Source: Schaalia odontolytica | GTDB taxonomy: Bacteria > Actinomycetota > Actinomycetes > Actinomycetales > Actinomycetaceae | Direction: 5' to 3' | DNA: 32,000 nt | Assembly (NCBI RefSeq): GCF_005696695.1 | Contig: NZ_CP040006.1 | Coordinates: forward strand, 840,001 to 872,000 | Shown here: positions 8,743-16,148 of the stretch, piece after piece | Layout: every line of letters begins with the position of its first letter | Position numbering within the stretch: the first letter of the stretch is position 1 | Translations under genes and position numbers: made by a program | The notes under the pieces: generated by a model | What the model saw: only the letters and a program-made list of their open reading frames with translations | Databases searched by the model: none | Told to the model about the DNA's origin: nothing

Positions 8743-8793
8743 AGAAAACCCTGGGAAAAGCGCGCGGGGTGGATCCTCATCCACCCCGCGCGC
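8743..8793 (-). terminator. Intrinsic terminator of the MetE-like gene
   Basis: GCGCGCGGGGTGGA (8760-8773) pairs with TCCACCCCGCGCGC (8780-8793) as a perfect 14-bp stem. On the minus strand it is followed by TTTTCCCAGGGTTTTC. It starts 20 nt after the stop. Confidence 0.8.
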
Positions 8794-8813
8794 CCCAGGC
8801 AGCAATCAGGCGA

Positions 8814-10007
8814 TCACTTCGATGCGAGACGAGCGCCCTCGGCCAGCGCCTCCAGCTTCGCCCACGCGATCGACGGGTAGATGCGGCCGCCCAGGCCACA
8901 GTCCGTCGACGCCACAACGCGCTCGTCGCCCACAATGTCCGCGAACTGGCGGATACGCTGAGCCACCAGCTCCGGGTGCTCCACAACGTTCGTCGAGTGC
9001 GACACGACACCCGGGATCAGGTACTTGCCCTCGGGCAGTTCGATGTCGCGCCAGATCGTCCACTCGTGCGCGTGGCGAGCATTCGCCGCCTCGAACGTCA
9101 GTCCGTTCGCGTTGACCAGCAGGGCCAGATCCACGATGTCCTTGAACGGGATATCCGTCGTGTGCGGGCCGTGCCACGAACCCCAGCACACGTGGAAACG
9201 CACCAGAGACGGGTCAATGCCCTCCAGCGCGTGGTTCAGCGCGTCGATACGCACGCGAGAGAACGCGCGGTAATCCTCGACGGACGGCTCCGGGTTCATC
9301 TGATCCCAGCCCTCCGCGATATCCGGCGCGTCAATCTGCACCGTCAGGCCCGCGTCCGTAATGCGCTTGTACTCCTCGCGCAGCACATCCGCGCACGCCC
9401 ACACCACGGCCTCGTCATCCTCGTAGAACGCGTTGCCCACGCGAGCCGCCGAACCCGGCGAAATCGCTGCCACGAAACCATCCGACACGGGCTTGCCCAC
9501 AGCCTCCAGCGCGTGCTTCACGCCCGCGATATCGCGCTCCACGGCCTCGGCACCGATGTAGGTCAGCTCGTCCACGATCGCCGGGAACACGACCTTGTTG
9601 TCGCTCACGATCTGAATACCCGACTCCGGGTCACCGTACGCGTCCGCGAAACGCTGCCAGTCGCGGCGCTCAGCAAACGACGAGAAAGCCAGGCGGCCAT
9701 CGCGGCCAGCCGGGGGACGCAGCTCAAAGCCACCCGAGTTCTCAAACGACAGCCCGCCGAAACGCGAGAAGGAATACGTCCACCACGCACCGTAATCAAC
9801 CGTGTCGAGCATCGCGTGGCCGTACTCGCCATCGTTGACGATATCCAGGCCAATCTCGGCCTGACGCTTCACAACGCCATCAACCTCAGCCTGCAGCACA
9901 GAGGTGAAATCAGCGTCGCTCAGGGAACCCTCGCGGTGCGCGGCGTTCGCCTTGAGCAGTTCGGGGGTACGGGGCAGGGAACCAACATGAGTGGTGCGAA
10001 TGGTCAT
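8814..10007 (-). CDS. Cobalamin-independent methionine synthase family protein, short form (MetE C-terminal/Meth_synt_2-like)
   Basis: 397 aa. N-terminus TTHVGSLPRTPEL. The zinc-ligand-type motifs RFHVCWG and STDCGLG are conserved. GAAAGGA lies upstream of the ATG. Confidence 0.85.
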   Translation of the reverse strand: MTIRTTHVGSLPRTPELLKANAAHREGSLSDADFTSVLQAEVDGVVKRQAEIGLDIVNDGEYGHAMLDTVDYGAWWTYSFSRFGGLSFENSGGFELRPPAGRDGRLAFSSFAERRDWQRFADAYGDPESGIQIVSDNKVVFPAIVDELTYIGAEAVERDIAGVKHALEAVGKPVSDGFVAAISPGSAARVGNAFYEDDEAVVWACADVLREEYKRITDAGLTVQIDAPDIAEGWDQMNPEPSVEDYRAFSRVRIDALNHALEGIDPSLVRFHVCWGSWHGPHTTDIPFKDIVDLALLVNANGLTFEAANARHAHEWTIWRDIELPEGKYLIPGVVSHSTNVVEHPELVAQRIRQFADIVGDERVVASTDCGLGGRIYPSIAWAKLEALAEGARLASK

Positions 10008-10236
10008 CGCAGTCCTTTCTCTTCACTGTGCCCTCAGCCTACGTTTCGCGCGTCGAGAACGAGGGCGAATGTCCGAAGCGTGACCAATGCGATCAACCAC
10101 TCATCTGGCCAGACACTAATTCACGCACGCACCCCTTGCGTTTTCCTTGCAATCACGCCCACAAGCGTCCACCCACTGACACGGTGACCCGCTCACCACA
10201 GCCCCCGAAATACCGCGCGAAAACCGCCCCCACCCA

Positions 10237-10264
10237 GCCCCGGCCTCGTCCATGAGACGAAACC
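10237..10264 (-). repeat. REP-like hairpin copy (minus-strand orientation), 27/28 identical to 13280-13307
   Basis: The minus strand reads GGTTTCGTCTCATGGACGAGGCCGGGGC. The copy at 13280-13307 (+) reads GGTTTCGTCTCATCGACGAGGCCGGGGC. Confidence 0.65.
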
Positions 10265-10329
10265 CGCACGGAAACGCGGCGCTCACGCTCCTACTGTTGA
10301 GTCATTACAAGGCAAAAGAAAGGCACATC

Positions 10330-12177
10330 ATGAGTCGCCCGCTGCGCTCGGCAACATCCACCCAAGGCCGCAACATGGCCGGAGCTCGCGCCCTGTGGCG
10401 CGCCACCGGCATGACGGACGGCGACTTCGGCAAGCCGATCATCGCCATCGCCAACTCCTTCACCCAGTTCGTCCCCGGCCACGTGCACCTGAAGAACATG
10501 GGCGACCTCGTCGCCGGAGCCATCGAAGCAGCCGGCGGCGTCGCCAAGGAATTCAACACGATCGCCGTCGACGACGGCATCGCCATGGGCCACGACGGCA
10601 TGCTCTACTCCCTGCCCAGCCGCGACCTCATCGCCGACTGCGTCGAAACCATGGTCAACGCGCACCGCGCCGACGCCCTCGTGTGCATCTCCAACTGCGA
10701 CAAGATCACCCCCGGCATGCTCCTGGCCGCCATGCGCCTGAACATCCCCACCATCTTCGTCTCCGGCGGCCCCATGGAATCCGGCGCCGCCGTCGACGGC
10801 GTCGTCGAACACCGCCTCGACCTCATCGACGCCATGGTCATGGCCGTCGACGACTCCGTCAGCGACAACCAGCTCGCCAGCATCGAAGCCAACGCGTGCC
10901 CCACCTGCGGCTCCTGCGCCGGCATGTTCACCGCGAACTCCATGAACTGCCTCAACGAGGCCATCGGCCTGGCCCTGCCCGGTAACGGCACCACCCTGGC
11001 CACCCAGATCGAACGCAAGAAGCTCTTCACCGAGGCCGGCACGCGCATCGTCGACATGTGCCGCGCCTACTACGACAACGAGGACGACTCCGTCCTGCCT
11101 CGCTCCATCGCCACGAAGGCCGCCTTCGAGAACGCCATGAGCCTGGACGTGGCCATGGGCGGCTCCACCAACACCGTCCTGCACATCCTCGCCATCGCCA
11201 ACGAGGCCGGCGTCGACTTCACGCTCGACGACATCGACGCGATCTCGCGCCGCGTGCCCTGCCTGTGCAAGGTGGCCCCCAACTCCACGACCTACTACAT
11301 CGAGCACGTCCACCGCGCCGGCGGCATCCCCGCCCTGCTCGGCGAGCTCGACCGCGCCGGCCTGCTCAACCGCGACGTGCACTCCGTCCACTCCGACAAC
11401 CTCGCCGACTGGCTGGGCGCGTGGGACGTGCGCAGCGGGAGCGCCACCGACGAGGCCAAGCACCGCTTCCTCGCGGCCCCCGGCGGCGTGCGCACTACCC
11501 AGGCCTTCTCGACCGCCAACCTCTTCGAGTCCCTCGACACCGACTCTGAGGCCGGCTGCATCCGCTCCGTCGAGCACGCCTACACGAAGGACGGCGGCCT
11601 GGCGGTCCTCTACGGCAACATCGCAGCCAACGGCGCGATCATCAAGTCCGCCGGCATCGACGAGTCCCTCTTCCACTTCGTCGGCAAGGCCTTCGTCGTC
11701 GAATCCCAGGAGGAAGCCGTCGAGGCCATCCTCAGTAAGCAGGTGAAGGAAGGCGACGTCGTCGTCATCCAGTACGAGGGCCCCAAGGGCGGCCCCGGTA
11801 TGCAGGAAATGCTCTACCCGACCTCCTACCTCAAGGGCCTGGGCCTGGGTAAGAAGTGCGCCCTCATCACCGACGGCCGCTTCTCCGGCGGCACGTCGGG
11901 CATCTCCATCGGTCACATCTCGCCCGAGGCCGCGGCCGGCGGCGCGATCGGTCTCGTGCGCACCGGCGACGAGATCGAAATCGACGTCAACAACCGCGTC
12001 CTGCGCGCGAACGTGAGCGACGAGGAACTCGAGCGCCGCCGCGCCGAAAAGGGCGCCGCGCCGTGGAAGCCCTCCAAGCCTCGTGCCCGCAAGGTCTCCG
12101 ACGCGCTGCGTGTCTACGGCATGCTCGCCGCATCCGCCGACAAGGGCGGCGTGCGCGTCCTGCCCGACTGGGCGTGA
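10330..12177 (+). CDS. ilvD: Dihydroxy-acid dehydratase
   Basis: Track ORF 10252..12177, start set at ATG 10330 ([27 protein letters not shown], the canonical IlvD N-terminus). Blocks: [35 protein letters not shown]. Confidence 0.95.
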   Translation: MSRPLRSATSTQGRNMAGARALWRATGMTDGDFGKPIIAIANSFTQFVPGHVHLKNMGDLVAGAIEAAGGVAKEFNTIAVDDGIAMGHDGMLYSLPSRDLIADCVETMVNAHRADALVCISNCDKITPGMLLAAMRLNIPTIFVSGGPMESGAAVDGVVEHRLDLIDAMVMAVDDSVSDNQLASIEANACPTCGSCAGMFTANSMNCLNEAIGLALPGNGTTLATQIERKKLFTEAGTRIVDMCRAYYDNEDDSVLPRSIATKAAFENAMSLDVAMGGSTNTVLHILAIANEAGVDFTLDDIDAISRRVPCLCKVAPNSTTYYIEHVHRAGGIPALLGELDRAGLLNRDVHSVHSDNLADWLGAWDVRSGSATDEAKHRFLAAPGGVRTTQAFSTANLFESLDTDSEAGCIRSVEHAYTKDGGLAVLYGNIAANGAIIKSAGIDESLFHFVGKAFVVESQEEAVEAILSKQVKEGDVVVIQYEGPKGGPGMQEMLYPTSYLKGLGLGKKCALITDGRFSGGTSGISIGHISPEAAAGGAIGLVRTGDEIEIDVNNRVLRANVSDEELERRRAEKGAAPWKPSKPRARKVSDALRVYGMLAASADKGGVRVLPDWA

Positions 12178-12187
12178 GCGGAGCGCC

Positions 12188-12193
12188 TACAAT
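12188..12193 (+). promoter_or_regulatory. Candidate -10 hexamer TACAAT, 7 nt upstream of the lplA ATG (leaderless arrangement)
   Basis: TACAAT-cgtgggc-ATG read directly, 11 nt after the ilvD stop. Confidence 0.45.
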
Positions 12194-12200
12194 CGTGGGC

Positions 12201-13250
12201 ATGCATGGAGAGTACAAAGTCCCCGGAGGAAAGCTCGTCGTCGTCGACACCGACGTGGAGGAGGATCGCCTCGCGCGCGTGAGCGTGTCCGGCGACTTCT
12301 TCCTCGACCCCGACGACGCGCTCACCCGGATCACCGCGTCCCTCGAAGGGGCCCCGGCCTCGTCGAGTGCGAAGGATCTGGCCGCGCGCGTGGAGGCCGC
12401 CCTCCACGAAGGCGACACGCTCATGGGGGTGACCCCCGAGGCCGTCGGCATCGCCGTGCGCCGCGCACTGGGCGCCGCCCTGTCGTGGGACGACATTGAC
12501 TTCGACGTCATCCACGGCCCCGTTGTCGCCCCGATGATCAACGTCGCCATGGACGAAACCCTGGTCGAGGACGTGGCCGCGGGGCGCCGCAAGCCGTTCA
12601 TGCGCCTGTGGGAGTGGAACGGCCCGCAGGTCGTCATCGGCTCCTTCCAGTCCTACCAGAACGAAATCCAGCAGGACGGGGTCGACCGTTACGGCATCAC
12701 CGTGTCGCGGCGCGTCACCGGCGGCGGCGCCATGTTCATGGAGCCCGGCAACTGCATCACCTACTCGCTCGTTATCCCCACCGCCCTCGTGGAGGGGATG
12801 AGCTTCGAACAGGCTTACCCCTACCTGGATCAGTGGGTCATGGAGGTCCTCGAAAAGCTGGGCATCAAAGCCAAGTACGTGCCGCTCAACGACATCGCCT
12901 CCGAGTTCGGCAAGATCGGCGGTGCCGCGCAGAAGCGTTGGGCGAACGGCTACATGGTCCACCACGTGACCATGGCCTACGACATCGACGCGATCAAGAT
13001 GAACGAGGTCCTGCGCATCGGCATGGAGAAGATCCGCGACAAGGGCACCCGCAGCGCCGTCAAGCGCGTGGACCCCATGCGCTCCCAGACGGGGCTTCCC
13101 CGCGAAGAGATCCTGAAGGTGTTCTTCGATCACTTCAAGGAGAAGTACAACGCGAGCGTCGGCACCATCACCGAGGCGGATCTCGAGGTCGCGCGCAAGC
13201 GCTGTGAGACGAAGTTCGCGCGCGAGGAGTGGGTGCACCGCATCCCCTGA
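12201..13250 (+). CDS. lplA: Lipoate-protein ligase A family protein with the accessory domain at the N-terminus (circularly permuted order)
   Basis: Starts inside track ORF 11856..13250 at ATG 12201. Residues 1 to about 95 (YKVPGGKLVVVDTDV...ARVSVSGDFFLDPDDAL) look like the LplA C-terminal/LplB accessory domain. A BPL/LPL catalytic domain follows (RRVTGGGAMFME, FGKIGGAAQKRW). GTG 12174 (GTGA overlap with the ilvD stop) is an alternative start. Confidence 0.85.
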   Translation: MHGEYKVPGGKLVVVDTDVEEDRLARVSVSGDFFLDPDDALTRITASLEGAPASSSAKDLAARVEAALHEGDTLMGVTPEAVGIAVRRALGAALSWDDIDFDVIHGPVVAPMINVAMDETLVEDVAAGRRKPFMRLWEWNGPQVVIGSFQSYQNEIQQDGVDRYGITVSRRVTGGGAMFMEPGNCITYSLVIPTALVEGMSFEQAYPYLDQWVMEVLEKLGIKAKYVPLNDIASEFGKIGGAAQKRWANGYMVHHVTMAYDIDAIKMNEVLRIGMEKIRDKGTRSAVKRVDPMRSQTGLPREEILKVFFDHFKEKYNASVGTITEADLEVARKRCETKFAREEWVHRIP

Positions 13251-13271
13251 GCACTCCCGTTTCTGTGGCTG

Positions 13272-13310
13272 CCCGCTCCGGTTTCGTCTCATCGACGAGG
13301 CCGGGGCGGG
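13272..13310 (+). terminator. Hairpin 3' of lplA (REP-like family member); more stable as + strand RNA
   Basis: CCCGCTCCGGTTTCGTC pairs with GACGAGGCCGGGGCGGG as a 17-bp stem. Three pairs are G-U on the + strand and would be A-C mismatches on the - strand. The loop is TCATC. There is no strong U-tract. Confidence 0.5.
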
Positions 13311-13317
13311 CTTCCGC

Positions 13318-13938
13318 TTAGAAGAGCTGGAGTGCGCGCACCCCGTGGATGATGAGCTCGACGCCGATGACGAGGATCAGGAAGCCCATGATGCGCACGA
13401 TCGCGCCGACGCCGGTGGCGCCCAGCTTGTCGATCCAGGGCGTGCCGTAGCGCAGTAGCAGCGCGATGACGGCCGCTGTTACCGCGATTCCCAGGACGAT
13501 GCCGATATGAAAACCGATGGCCGTGTTGCGGGCGGCCAGCGCGATGACCACGCCGATCGAGCCGGGCCCCGCGATGAGGGGGAGCGCCATGGGGGAGAAG
13601 GACACATCCGGCTTGGAGGTCGCGTGCTGAGCCTCCTCGTGGGTGGCACGGCGCTTGTTTTCCAGCATCGAGAAACCCGAGTGCGCGACGACCAAGCCAC
13701 CCGCGATCTGCAGCGAGGGTAGGTCGAAGCCGAAGAAACGCATGATGAGCGAGCCACTGACCGCGAACACCGTCAGGATAGCGAACACGTAGATGCCTGT
13801 CTTCCACGCCTGCGAGCGCACCGCAGCCGGAGCACTGTCGGCGGTGAGTCCTGCGAACGCCGCGAGACCGCCGATCGGATTGGTGATCGGGGCGAGCGCC
13901 AGGATCGCGGCGGACATTCCAGCGAGAACAGTCATCAT
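13318..13938 (-). CDS. MarC-family (UPF0056) integral membrane protein
   Basis: Track ORF 13318..14055, start set at ATG 13938 (MMTVLAGM). It has the ITNPIGG motif and about six hydrophobic helices. Confidence 0.8.
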   Translation of the reverse strand: MMTVLAGMSAAILALAPITNPIGGLAAFAGLTADSAPAAVRSQAWKTGIYVFAILTVFAVSGSLIMRFFGFDLPSLQIAGGLVVAHSGFSMLENKRRATHEEAQHATSKPDVSFSPMALPLIAGPGSIGVVIALAARNTAIGFHIGIVLGIAVTAAVIALLLRYGTPWIDKLGATGVGAIVRIMGFLILVIGVELIIHGVRALQLF

Positions 13939-13945
13939 GCGGACA

Positions 13946-13951
13946 ATCCTA
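13946..13951 (-). promoter_or_regulatory. Candidate -10 hexamer TAGGAT, 7 nt upstream of the marC-family ATG (or an AGGA Shine-Dalgarno)
   Basis: The minus strand reads TAGGAT-tgtccgc-ATG. Confidence 0.35.
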
Positions 13952-13985
13952 GTCGGCGATGTGCTAGCGCGAGCGAGCAGTCCGC

Positions 13986-14684
13986 TCAGACGCGGCGGGT
14001 GCCGAAGATCGCGGTGCCCAGGCGCACGATCGTCGCCCCCTCGGCGATAGCCCACTCCAGGTCGCGGCTCATGCCCATAGAGAGCGCCAGGTCCGACTCT
14101 TCAACGCCCAGGTGAGAGGCGGCCTCGTCCCTGATCCCGCGCAGCTGCGCATACGCGGCGCGCACGTCGGCCTCGACGGGGGAGTTCAGGCCCACCGTCA
14201 TGAAACCCGCGAGCTCCAGGTGGGCCGAGGCCTCGACCGCGTCGATTAACTCGGAGACGTCGGAGGGGGCGCAGCCGTGCTTTGTAGCCTCGCCCGAGAC
14301 GTTCACCTCGACGAACACGGGGAGCGTGCCGGTCGCGCGCGCGTCGATTTTCGAGGCCAGGGTGGGGGAGTCCAGCGACTCGATCGCGTCCACACAGGCC
14401 AGCGCGTGGTTGATCTTGTTGGACTGCAGTGGCCCGATCAGGTGGATGCGTGCGCCGGGTACCTCTCGGATCGCGTCCACCGTCGCGCGCGCCTCTTGGA
14501 CGCGGTTGTGGCCGAGCAGAATGGGTAGGCCCGCCTCGCTCAGGGAGGCGGCGGCTTCGCGGCATTCCTCGGGCGTGCGCGTCTTGACTGCCAGCTCCAG
14601 GTGCACCGAATCCGTGCGCCGGCACGCGGACGTGGCGCGGTCGATGCGGTCGCGGGCTGCGGCGATGGCCTCGGGAATGCTCAT
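13986..14684 (-). CDS. yggS: YggS-family pyridoxal-phosphate-binding protein (PLP homeostasis protein)
   Basis: 232 aa. Blocks: LAVKTRT (PLP lysine region), GHNRVQE, HLIGPLQSNK, LSMGMSRDLEWAIAEGATIVRLGTAIFG. Confidence 0.9.
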   Translation of the reverse strand: MSIPEAIAAARDRIDRATSACRRTDSVHLELAVKTRTPEECREAAASLSEAGLPILLGHNRVQEARATVDAIREVPGARIHLIGPLQSNKINHALACVDAIESLDSPTLASKIDARATGTLPVFVEVNVSGEATKHGCAPSDVSELIDAVEASAHLELAGFMTVGLNSPVEADVRAAYAQLRGIRDEAASHLGVEESDLALSMGMSRDLEWAIAEGATIVRLGTAIFGTRRV

Positions 14685-14690
14685 GCCCTC

Positions 14691-14696
14691 ATGGTA
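14691..14696 (-). promoter_or_regulatory. Candidate -10 hexamer TACCAT, 6 nt upstream of the yggS ATG (leaderless arrangement)
   Basis: The minus strand reads TACCAT-gagggc-ATG. Confidence 0.45.
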
Positions 14697-14711
14697 GACG
14701 GGCAGGCGCTA

Positions 14712-14740
14712 TCAGGGGTTAATCAGGGGCGACTCAGGGG
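14712..14740. promoter_or_regulatory. Three direct repeats of TCAGGGG with exact 11-bp phasing in the yggS/yccF divergent spacer
   Basis: TCAGGGG occurs at 14712-14718, 14723-14729 and 14734-14740. The third copy also forms CTCAG-N6-CTGAG with 14745-14749. Confidence 0.5.
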
Positions 14741-14766
14741 GATCTGAGATGCGCGGTGTGGCAGAC

Positions 14767-14772
14767 TAGAAT
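14767..14772 (+). promoter_or_regulatory. Candidate -10 hexamer TAGAAT for yccF (leadered; AAGGAAAGGA Shine-Dalgarno follows)
   Basis: TAGAAT lies 28 nt upstream of ATG 14800. Confidence 0.35.
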
Positions 14773-14799
14773 GTTCACAGATCAAGGAAAGGACACGCC

Positions 14800-15189
14800 A
14801 TGCGTACCCTGCTCAACATCATCTGGTTCCTCTTCGGAGGGCTCCCGCTCTTCCTGGGATACCTCTTCGCGGGTCTCGTCGCCTGCATCTTCATTGTCAC
14901 GATCCCCGCCGGCGTGGCCTGCTTCCGCATCGCCGGATACGTGCTGTGGCCGTTTGGCAAGCGCGTCATTGACAAGCCGGGCGTGGGTGCGGGCTCAGGC
15001 CTCATGAACATCGTGTGGTTCCTGGTCGCGGGCCTGTGGCTCGCCATCGGCCACATCACCACCGCCGCCGCGCAGGCCGTCACCATCGTTGGCATCCCGC
15101 TGGCCATCGCCAACCTCAAGATGATCCCGATCACCTGCTTCCCCTTCGGCAAGGCCGTCATCGACGACCCGACTGCATCCATCCTCTGA
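14800..15189 (+). CDS. yccF: YccF-family inner membrane protein
   Basis: 129 aa. Duplicated YccF motif: NIIWFLFGG...TIPAG and NIVWFLVAG...IVGIPLA. Confidence 0.85.
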   Translation: MRTLLNIIWFLFGGLPLFLGYLFAGLVACIFIVTIPAGVACFRIAGYVLWPFGKRVIDKPGVGAGSGLMNIVWFLVAGLWLAIGHITTAAAQAVTIVGIPLAIANLKMIPITCFPFGKAVIDDPTASIL

Positions 15190-15196
15190 CGCGTCC

Positions 15197-15202
15197 TACA
15201 CT
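15197..15202 (+). promoter_or_regulatory. Candidate -10 hexamer TACACT, 6 nt upstream of the ybaK ATG (leaderless arrangement)
   Basis: TACACT-ggggtc-ATG read directly. Confidence 0.4.
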
Positions 15203-15208
15203 GGGGTC

Positions 15209-15718
15209 ATGGCTCGTAAACACAGCAAAGACCACGGCGGTGGCCCCACCCGCGCCATCGAGGCGCTCACGGCGGCCGGCGTTGCTTTTACCGTTCACGA
15301 GTACGAGCACGACCCGGCCGCCCGGGCGTTTGGGGAGGAAACCGTTGAGAAGCTGGGGATCGACCCCACCCAGGCTTTCAAGACGCTCATGGTGCGCCTG
15401 GAGCCCACCGGTGAGTTTGTCGTCGGCTGCGTGCCCGCGCTGGCTCACCTGTCCATGAAGCTGATCGCCAAGGCAGCCGGCGCGAAGAGCGCCGCCATGG
15501 CTGACCCGGCCGTCGCCCAGCGCCGCACCGGCTACGTCGTGGGCGGCATCAGCCCGCTCGGGCAGACCACCTCGCACCGTCTGTTCATCGACTCGGCGTG
15601 CCTGGACCACGAGACCATGATCGTCTCGGGCGGGCGCCGAGGCCTCAGCGTCGAACTGAGTCCCCTCGACCTCGTCGAGCTGACGGATGCTGAGGTCACG
15701 GACCTGGCGCAGGTCTGA
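15209..15718 (+). CDS. ybaK: Cys-tRNA(Pro)/Cys-tRNA(Cys) deacylase YbaK
   Basis: 169 aa, co-linear with E. coli YbaK: HEYEHDP, FKTLMV, MADPAVAQRRTGYVVGGISPLGQ, VSGGRRGLSVEL. Confidence 0.9.
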   Translation: MARKHSKDHGGGPTRAIEALTAAGVAFTVHEYEHDPAARAFGEETVEKLGIDPTQAFKTLMVRLEPTGEFVVGCVPALAHLSMKLIAKAAGAKSAAMADPAVAQRRTGYVVGGISPLGQTTSHRLFIDSACLDHETMIVSGGRRGLSVELSPLDLVELTDAEVTDLAQV

Positions 15719-15829
15719 CCCTGGCCGGATTTGAACTCCGCCTCGGCCGTTTCACCATGCCGACTTCATCGCGGAAATCATGTCGGTGTCTGCGCGCGCA
15801 GGCATATGTCATACATCTGTGGTGCGTTG

Positions 15830-15835
15830 TATAAT
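15830..15835 (+). promoter_or_regulatory. Candidate -10 hexamer TATAAT for the dinJ-yafQ operon
   Basis: TTGTATAATAAAAG is an AT-rich patch 35 nt upstream of ATG 15870. TACAT motifs flank it at 15811-15815 and 15845-15849. Confidence 0.4.
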
Positions 15836-15869
15836 AAAAGTCGTACATTCGTCTGAAAGGTGTGGCGAT

Positions 15870-16148
15870 ATGAAAACGGCGACGCTTAACATGCGCGTTG
15901 ATCCAAGCGTGAAGGAAGAAGCTGAGAGGGTGTATGCCCAGTTCGGCATGAACCTCACCGACGCTGTGAATGTTTTCTTGCACAAGTCCATCATGGAGGG
16001 TGGCTTACCCTTTGACTTGCGCCAGCCCCGCTTCAACGCTGAAACCGAGCTAGCTATGCGCGAGGCTCGCGACATCGCCGCAGGGCGTGTTGCCGCTACC
16101 CGTTACGCGTCCGCGGCACAAGCGTTCGCGGATGTCGATGATGAGTGA
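15870..16148 (+). CDS. dinJ: RelB/DinJ-family type II antitoxin
   Basis: Track ORF 15780..16148, start at ATG 15870, with GAAAGGTG 8 nt upstream. N-terminus MKTATLNMRVDPSVKEEAERVYAQFGMNLTDAVNVFL is the DinJ ribbon-helix-helix pattern. Confidence 0.85.
   Translation: MKTATLNMRVDPSVKEEAERVYAQFGMNLTDAVNVFLHKSIMEGGLPFDLRQPRFNAETELAMREARDIAAGRVAATRYASAAQAFADVDDE

Noticed and set aside
10028-10255. 75-aa ORF filling the MetE-like/ilvD spacer on the + strand.
   Set aside because: It has a GTG start without an RBS and a Pro/Thr/Arg-rich low-complexity product. Its third-position GC is clearly lower than in the real genes of the window. It is more likely non-coding leader or spacer.
10252-10329. 26-codon N-terminal extension of ilvD ([26 protein letters not shown]); I also considered it as a Leu-rich leader peptide.
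   Set aside because: It is in frame with ilvD, so it cannot be a separate attenuation leader. The canonical IlvD N-terminus begins at ATG 10330, which has an AAAGG site upstream. The ATG at 10252 lies inside the REP-like hairpin.
15723-15748. On the minus strand GGAGTTCAAATCCGG resembles a tRNA T-arm, a possible att-site remnant at the left edge of the lower-GC islet.
   Set aside because: The T-stem does not pair properly (4 bp at best). No acceptor stem or matching repeat exists at the other islet edge, and the motif does not match the tRNAs in this window. It is more likely a weak ybaK terminator hairpin (GGCCGGA...TCCG..CGGCC followed by GTTTC).
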